From a candidate division WOR-3 bacterium (GTDB lineage Bacteria > Hydrothermota > Hydrothermia > JBDRYB01), in contig JBMFOM010000072.1 in assembly GCA_049969615.1 (NCBI GenBank), positions 1-10,143 on the forward strand: a stretch of 10,143 bases of DNA, in the 5' to 3' direction. The number at the start of each line of letters is the position of its first letter. The stretch's first letter is position 1. This document shows positions 5,829 through 10,143 of this stretch, one piece after another. A program made the position numbers and the translations under genes. The notes under the pieces are model-generated. The model made no database searches. It was not told the origin of the DNA and saw nothing but the letters and a program-made list of their open reading frames with translations.

Positions 5829-6416
5829 ATGTTGACGACTGTCTTTTTGTCTCTGCTTGTAGCTAATGTCTTGACCCCCGGCGACAAGATCAGGATATTC
5901 CTGTGGCCGGACACCGTGATCTCCGGAGAATACCGGGTCCAGGAGGACGGCAGTTGCTATCTGCCTATACTGGGCAAAGTGACAGTAGCGGGGAAGGATC
6001 ACGAGAGTCTCAGAACAGAGCTGGAAAAGGCCTATGATGCCTATTACCAGAACCCACAGTTAACCCTGGAACCCCTCTACAGGGTCTATGTCACGGGCGA
6101 GGTGTTCGGGCCGAAAGAGTATTACATCACCGGCTCGGAGACCATCCTGGAGATAGTGGCCATGGCAGGGGGACCAACATCATCCGGAGACATGGGCAGA
6201 GCTCAACTCATAAAGAAGAAGACAGCCTCAAGGGTTAACCTGAATGTCGCGATGAAAAAGGGCCAGACCGCGGCCGACGCGGGGGTTGAATCCGGGGACA
6301 TCATTTATGTGCCCAGGACATTCCTCGCGAAATGGGGTGGCTGGCCTAGCATCTTCTCTATCATGGTGACGACAATTTCGGTGGGCATATCAATCTATCT
6401 GCTATTGAACAGGTAG
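5829..6416 (+). CDS. Polysaccharide export protein (Wza/OPX family; Poly_export plus one SLBB domain)
   Basis: LTPGDKIRI, YRVQEDG..YLPILGKVTVAGK (OPX signature region), YQNPQL, VYVTGEV.GP, AMAGG, SGDIIYVP; hydrophobic C-terminal helix; directly upstream of a Wzc homologue. Confidence 0.88.
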   Translation: MLTTVFLSLLVANVLTPGDKIRIFLWPDTVISGEYRVQEDGSCYLPILGKVTVAGKDHESLRTELEKAYDAYYQNPQLTLEPLYRVYVTGEVFGPKEYYITGSETILEIVAMAGGPTSSGDMGRAQLIKKKTASRVNLNVAMKKGQTAADAGVESGDIIYVPRTFLAKWGGWPSIFSIMVTTISVGISIYLLLNR

Positions 6417-6420
6417 CCTT

Positions 6421-8604
6421 ATGGAAGACAGAAAAGGAATCCGACTCTACTGGGAACTCTTCAAGAAGCACTGGTTCATGGTCAGCGTGATCATAGCGCT
6501 TTCGGTTGGTGCATCGGTGATCGTATCACTCATGATGAAACCCGTCTATCAGGGAAGAGTCAGGCTCAGGATTGATCTGGCCAGGTCAACCAGCGTCCTT
6601 AAAACAGCAATAGGCACGCCGTTTTTCGTCGCTGACCCGTTCCAAACACAGGTTAACCTGATAAGGAGCCGGATAATAGCCGAGAGGGTTGTCCAAAGGA
6701 ATGGACTCAACATAACGATCAAGGAGAAACCAGCTAACGCAAGGCTTAGGTTCAGGGACTGCAGTTTCCCGGATGATTTCGGCGGAGGTACATACCTTTT
6801 GGTATCAGAAGGAGAGAGCTTTCGGGTGGAAAAGGCTGGGTCAAGGGTGGGCGAGGGAATCTTCGGTGCGCCGACAATAGTTGAAAACTGGGTGTTCACG
6901 GTTGATGCGGAAGGGTTCAACCCCGGCGAAAAAGCCACTATACAGATAATCAGCGTCCAGGATGTCGCGACCAGCCTCCTGGCTTGCGTGAATGTCTTGA
7001 TGGAGGGGCCAACGGAAATAATGGCCATAATGGTGACAGCGGAAACGCCGCAAAGAGCCGCTATGCTCGCGAACGCTTATGCCAGGGAATATTCAAGGTT
7101 CATAATGGAAATGGACAAAGAACGTTCAAAGATCATGAGAAAATTCCTGGAGGAACAGCTGGCAGACATGAGGCACGAGCTTGATTCTTTGGGCGACCTA
7201 CTTGCAAAGATGCGAAAAGAATACGGCATATTTGAACCAACCGTTCAGAGCCAGATAATCTTGGGCACAATGGGGGAGCTTGAGAAAGAGAGAATAGAAA
7301 CCAGAACCGCCCTGGACATGCTCAGGAGGCAATATCCAGAGGCATACGAGAAATCAAAGAGCATACTGCCGGACACGGGTTACGCTGTCAGGGAGGTGGA
7401 CCTCATTACCCTCAAGAACGAGAGGGCAAAGCTAGCCTCCATTTACAAACCTGACCACCCGAGCCTGAAACTCCTTGACTCGCAGATATACAACATGGAA
7501 CAATCCCTGATGGCAAACCGCATGGCCCTATACGAGAGGAGGAGTCAGGAAATTGAAAGACTCTACGCGAAATACGCTAGCCAACTGGGCGACCTGCCCG
7601 CCAGGGTCATTGAGGTTGAGAGGCTGGCGGCAAGGGTCCAGGCGGGTGAGGAGGTTTATTCTTCGCTTCTCAGAAACCTTTATGAGATAAGAATGAACGA
7701 AAACCAGGAGACTGGAGTGGTCGTGATGGTGGACAGCGCGCTCACTAATCCATACCCGATCCAGCCCAAAAAGAGGTTCAATGCGGCCCTGGGATTTCTC
7801 GCCGGGCTATTGTTGTCAATAATAGCTATATTCATTCTGGAGGCACTTGATGTGAGCACGAAGAGTAAGAAGGAGATTGAGCGTTTGAGCAAAGCCACGT
7901 GCCTGGCAATCATCCCCAGGACAACGGATTCCGAATCATCAAAGGCGCTTATGGATGAATCCTTCAAACTCCTCGCCCTCTCGCTTGATTATACATCTAT
8001 GGAAGAACAGGCCAGGACAGTGTCTATAACCAGCACGACTGCCGGAGAGGGCAAGAGCACTGTTGCGCTCGGTCTGGCAAAGGCCCTCGTGGGGATGGGG
8101 AAAGGAGTCCTTCTGATTGACGGCGACATGCGAAAACCCCGACTCCACGACCTTTTCGCTGTCCCGCTGGCGCCAGGCCTCTCTGATCTTCTGGCCGGCA
8201 AAAAATCTGTTGAAGAAGTGATCAGTGCGATAGACGGCCTTATGCTCATAACCGGTGGAACAGTGCCCCCTGACCCAGCGGTTCTCCTTACTGAAAAAAA
8301 CCTGAAGAAAATGCTATCCGATATTGCGGGGAAATTTGATTATATCGTAATTGACAGCCCACCCGTGCTCCCGGTTGTGGACGCTGTAAAGATAGGCGGA
8401 TGGGTATCCGGCGTCATAATAGTGACGAGATACGGATTTACCAAGAAAAACGAGGTGGCCGAAGCCGCTGATAGACTCAGGGCTGGCAAAGCCAATCTGC
8501 TCGGCGTGGTGTTCAACGATGTTCCCCTGGAGATCAAGCGCTACACCGGCAAGTATTACCAGGAAAAAAGAAAGTGGGGGAGAATTTTCCGAGGAAAGAG
8601 ATGA
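6421..8604 (+). CDS. wzc: Polysaccharide co-polymerase / BY tyrosine autokinase (Wzc, PCP-2a type)
   Basis: Two TM helices flank a periplasmic coiled-coil region (YKPDHP motif). Walker A STTAGEGKS, Walker A' LLIDGDMRKP, Walker B YIVIDSPP, and C-terminal tyrosines RYTGKYY. Confidence 0.92.
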   Translation: MEDRKGIRLYWELFKKHWFMVSVIIALSVGASVIVSLMMKPVYQGRVRLRIDLARSTSVLKTAIGTPFFVADPFQTQVNLIRSRIIAERVVQRNGLNITIKEKPANARLRFRDCSFPDDFGGGTYLLVSEGESFRVEKAGSRVGEGIFGAPTIVENWVFTVDAEGFNPGEKATIQIISVQDVATSLLACVNVLMEGPTEIMAIMVTAETPQRAAMLANAYAREYSRFIMEMDKERSKIMRKFLEEQLADMRHELDSLGDLLAKMRKEYGIFEPTVQSQIILGTMGELEKERIETRTALDMLRRQYPEAYEKSKSILPDTGYAVREVDLITLKNERAKLASIYKPDHPSLKLLDSQIYNMEQSLMANRMALYERRSQEIERLYAKYASQLGDLPARVIEVERLAARVQAGEEVYSSLLRNLYEIRMNENQETGVVVMVDSALTNPYPIQPKKRFNAALGFLAGLLLSIIAIFILEALDVSTKSKKEIERLSKATCLAIIPRTTDSESSKALMDESFKLLALSLDYTSMEEQARTVSITSTTAGEGKSTVALGLAKALVGMGKGVLLIDGDMRKPRLHDLFAVPLAPGLSDLLAGKKSVEEVISAIDGLMLITGGTVPPDPAVLLTEKNLKKMLSDIAGKFDYIVIDSPPVLPVVDAVKIGGWVSGVIIVTRYGFTKKNEVAEAADRLRAGKANLLGVVFNDVPLEIKRYTGKYYQEKRKWGRIFRGKR

Positions 8605-9668
8605 ACAACCTTGAACGTCTGGTTGAGAGCCTCTCAAAAGAGGGTGTTGACGCTCTTCTGGTAACAAACATAAAGAACATTCGCTATCTGACGGGTTTCT
8701 CTGGTTCATCAGCATTTCTGCTAGTCAGACAAGACGAAGCCGTGTTCTTCACGGACTCTAGATACGACATCCAGTCAAGACAGGAGCTGGGCGAGAAGTG
8801 CCGGATACACATAACCAGGGAGGGATTCCCCAAGGAACTGCCCGAATACCTCTCCGGGCTATCTGAACTACACTTTGAACCGGAGAGCCTAACCTATGAC
8901 CTGTATGAGACCTTCAGGGAGAAGCTGGGCATCCCACTTAAACCGCACAAGGGAGCGGTCTTTGCCCTAAGAAAGAAAAAAAGCCCCCGTGAAATAGAGG
9001 CTATGTCAAAAGCCCAGGCTATCACTGATGCGGTGTTCGGCTGGGTCCTGGAGAATCTTTCGCCTGGCCACATGACCGAGGCCGATCTCGCATTGGAAAT
9101 GGACTATCAGATGCGCAAGCGCGGCGCGGACGCCCCGTCGTTCCCCACAATAGTGGCAACAGGACCCCACTCTGCCCTGCCCCACGCAAGCCCCAGGAAC
9201 ATCAACATAGAAAAAAACACTGTCCTCCTGATGGATTTCGGGGCAATGCTGGATGGTTACTGCTCGGACATGACGAGAACGGTCTGGATAGGACCAGCTG
9301 AGCCTCCGGAGGATTTCAGGGAAATATACGGGATAGTCGCGGAAGCGCAGAGAAGAGCCATGGATGGGATAAGGCCAGGAATGACCTGCAGGGACGCGGA
9401 TGCTCTGGCGAGGAATGTTATAGCCGGAAAGGGTTACGGGGATTTCTTCGGTCACGGCCTCGGACACGGGGTCGGCCTGGATGTGCACGAGGCACCTCAC
9501 CTCTCGCATCTTGCGGACTGCGCCCTTGAGGGCGGAGAGGTAACTACAGTGGAGCCGGGAATCTACCTTGAGGGCAGATTTGGCGTGAGGATAGAGGACA
9601 TGGTTTGGGTGAGGGACGAGGGACCAAAGGTGATAACGGGTTCGCGAAGGGAGCTCATTGCGGTTTAG
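8601..9668 (+). CDS. M24B Xaa-Pro dipeptidase / aminopeptidase P family protein
   Basis: Creatinase-N-like start (NIRYLTGFSGS) and metal-ligand motifs DFGA, CSDMTRT, HGLGHGVGLDVHE, EPGIY and RIED. Start placed at ATG 8601 (SD GAGGA 8591-8595, ATGA overlap with the wzc stop) rather than 8574. Confidence 0.95.
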   Translation: MNNLERLVESLSKEGVDALLVTNIKNIRYLTGFSGSSAFLLVRQDEAVFFTDSRYDIQSRQELGEKCRIHITREGFPKELPEYLSGLSELHFEPESLTYDLYETFREKLGIPLKPHKGAVFALRKKKSPREIEAMSKAQAITDAVFGWVLENLSPGHMTEADLALEMDYQMRKRGADAPSFPTIVATGPHSALPHASPRNINIEKNTVLLMDFGAMLDGYCSDMTRTVWIGPAEPPEDFREIYGIVAEAQRRAMDGIRPGMTCRDADALARNVIAGKGYGDFFGHGLGHGVGLDVHEAPHLSHLADCALEGGEVTTVEPGIYLEGRFGVRIEDMVWVRDEGPKVITGSRRELIAV

Positions 9669-9887
9669 ATGGTCAGGCTACTGGTATTTTCTGGCCTAGT
9701 ATTTGTATTAATTGGCGTTGCCCTGATCGGTTTGGGATTAATCCTCAAACGGGGTGGGTTGCCTGGCGATATAATGATCAGAAAGGAGGGGTTTCTCCTT
9801 TATATACCGATAACCTCGGCCATAATTCTCTCCTTGGCTCTCTCAGGATTCGCGTGGCTCATGGCACTTCTATTCAGAAAAACATAA
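9669..9887 (+). CDS. DUF2905-family small membrane protein
   Basis: 72 aa with two hydrophobic segments flanking GLPGDI.I.KEGF.LYIPITS.IILSL, the DUF2905 pattern. The ATG directly abuts the peptidase TAG. Confidence 0.85.
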   Translation: MVRLLVFSGLVFVLIGVALIGLGLILKRGGLPGDIMIRKEGFLLYIPITSAIILSLALSGFAWLMALLFRKT

Positions 9888-10054
9888 GCAAACACGGATT
9901 CATAAGGCGATCATGTATTGGAAAAACTGAACAAATTTGCGGCAATACTTCTGAAACTTCCCGGGATTTTGCGGCAGGTTGTAAGCAAGGGAGTTAGCTT
10001 ACATGACTTTGGAGACCGACCGGCGGAAAATCTGGGTCAGTCCTGCTCTGGAAT

Positions 10055-10143
10055 CCTGAGCTCTCACACTTCCTCAACCCATGGATCCCTTATCCCACAA
10101 GCAAAAGCTCTGAAACCCTTGGGGCCGTAGTGGCCCAGGGACA
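10055..10143 (-). repeat. Intergenic repeat element, copy B (cut by the window edge)
   Basis: The reverse complement matches 73-161 at 75/89 positions. Hairpin at 10116-10140: CCCT(TG)GGGCC-gtagt-GGCCCAGGG. Confidence 0.93.

Noticed and set aside
8574..8600. GTG start at 8574 for the peptidase
   Set aside because: It would overlap wzc by 31 nt. ATG 8601 has an SD and an ATGA coupling.
637..9509. The many minus-strand ORFs of 60-183 aa opposite pnp, the aminotransferase, the channel, wzc and the peptidase
   Set aside because: They are antisense shadows of well-supported + strand genes and have no recognisable motifs.
9605..10130. 130-aa ORF (9605-9997) and 70-aa ORF (9918-10130)
   Set aside because: The first overlaps the peptidase and DUF2905 genes out of frame. 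The second runs through the palindromic region and repeat copy B. Neither has recognisable motifs.
73..10143. Composite transposon or CRISPR interpretation of the terminal repeats
   Set aside because: No transposase, integrase or cas gene, no regularly spaced direct repeats, and the enclosed genes include core housekeeping genes.

Overview
A mostly + strand bacterial chromosomal segment. In order: rpsO (S15), pnp (PNPase), a DegT/DnrJ/EryC1/StrS sugar aminotransferase, an internally deleted and frameshifted GH106-like glycosidase remnant, a K+-channel-fold/RCK ion channel, a wza-like/wzc polysaccharide export pair, an M24 Xaa-Pro peptidase and a DUF2905 membrane protein. A divergent gene probably starts at position 14 on the minus strand. 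No rRNA, tRNA, CRISPR array, transposase or integrase is visible. The main unexplained signals are: (1) an 89-nt non-coding, hairpin-containing element present as an inverted pair at the two ends of the window (73-161 and 10055-10143, 75/89 identical without gaps), with motif fragments also in the 4388-4540 intergenic gap; (2) an ion channel whose TTVGYGD filter is replaced, in register, by LLSGFED; (3) a 14-bp perfect inverted repeat bounding a 100-bp MITE-like unit; (4) an orphan wza-wzc pair with a short, non-lipidated OPX. All family assignments come from motif recognition by eye. No database searches or folding programs were run.
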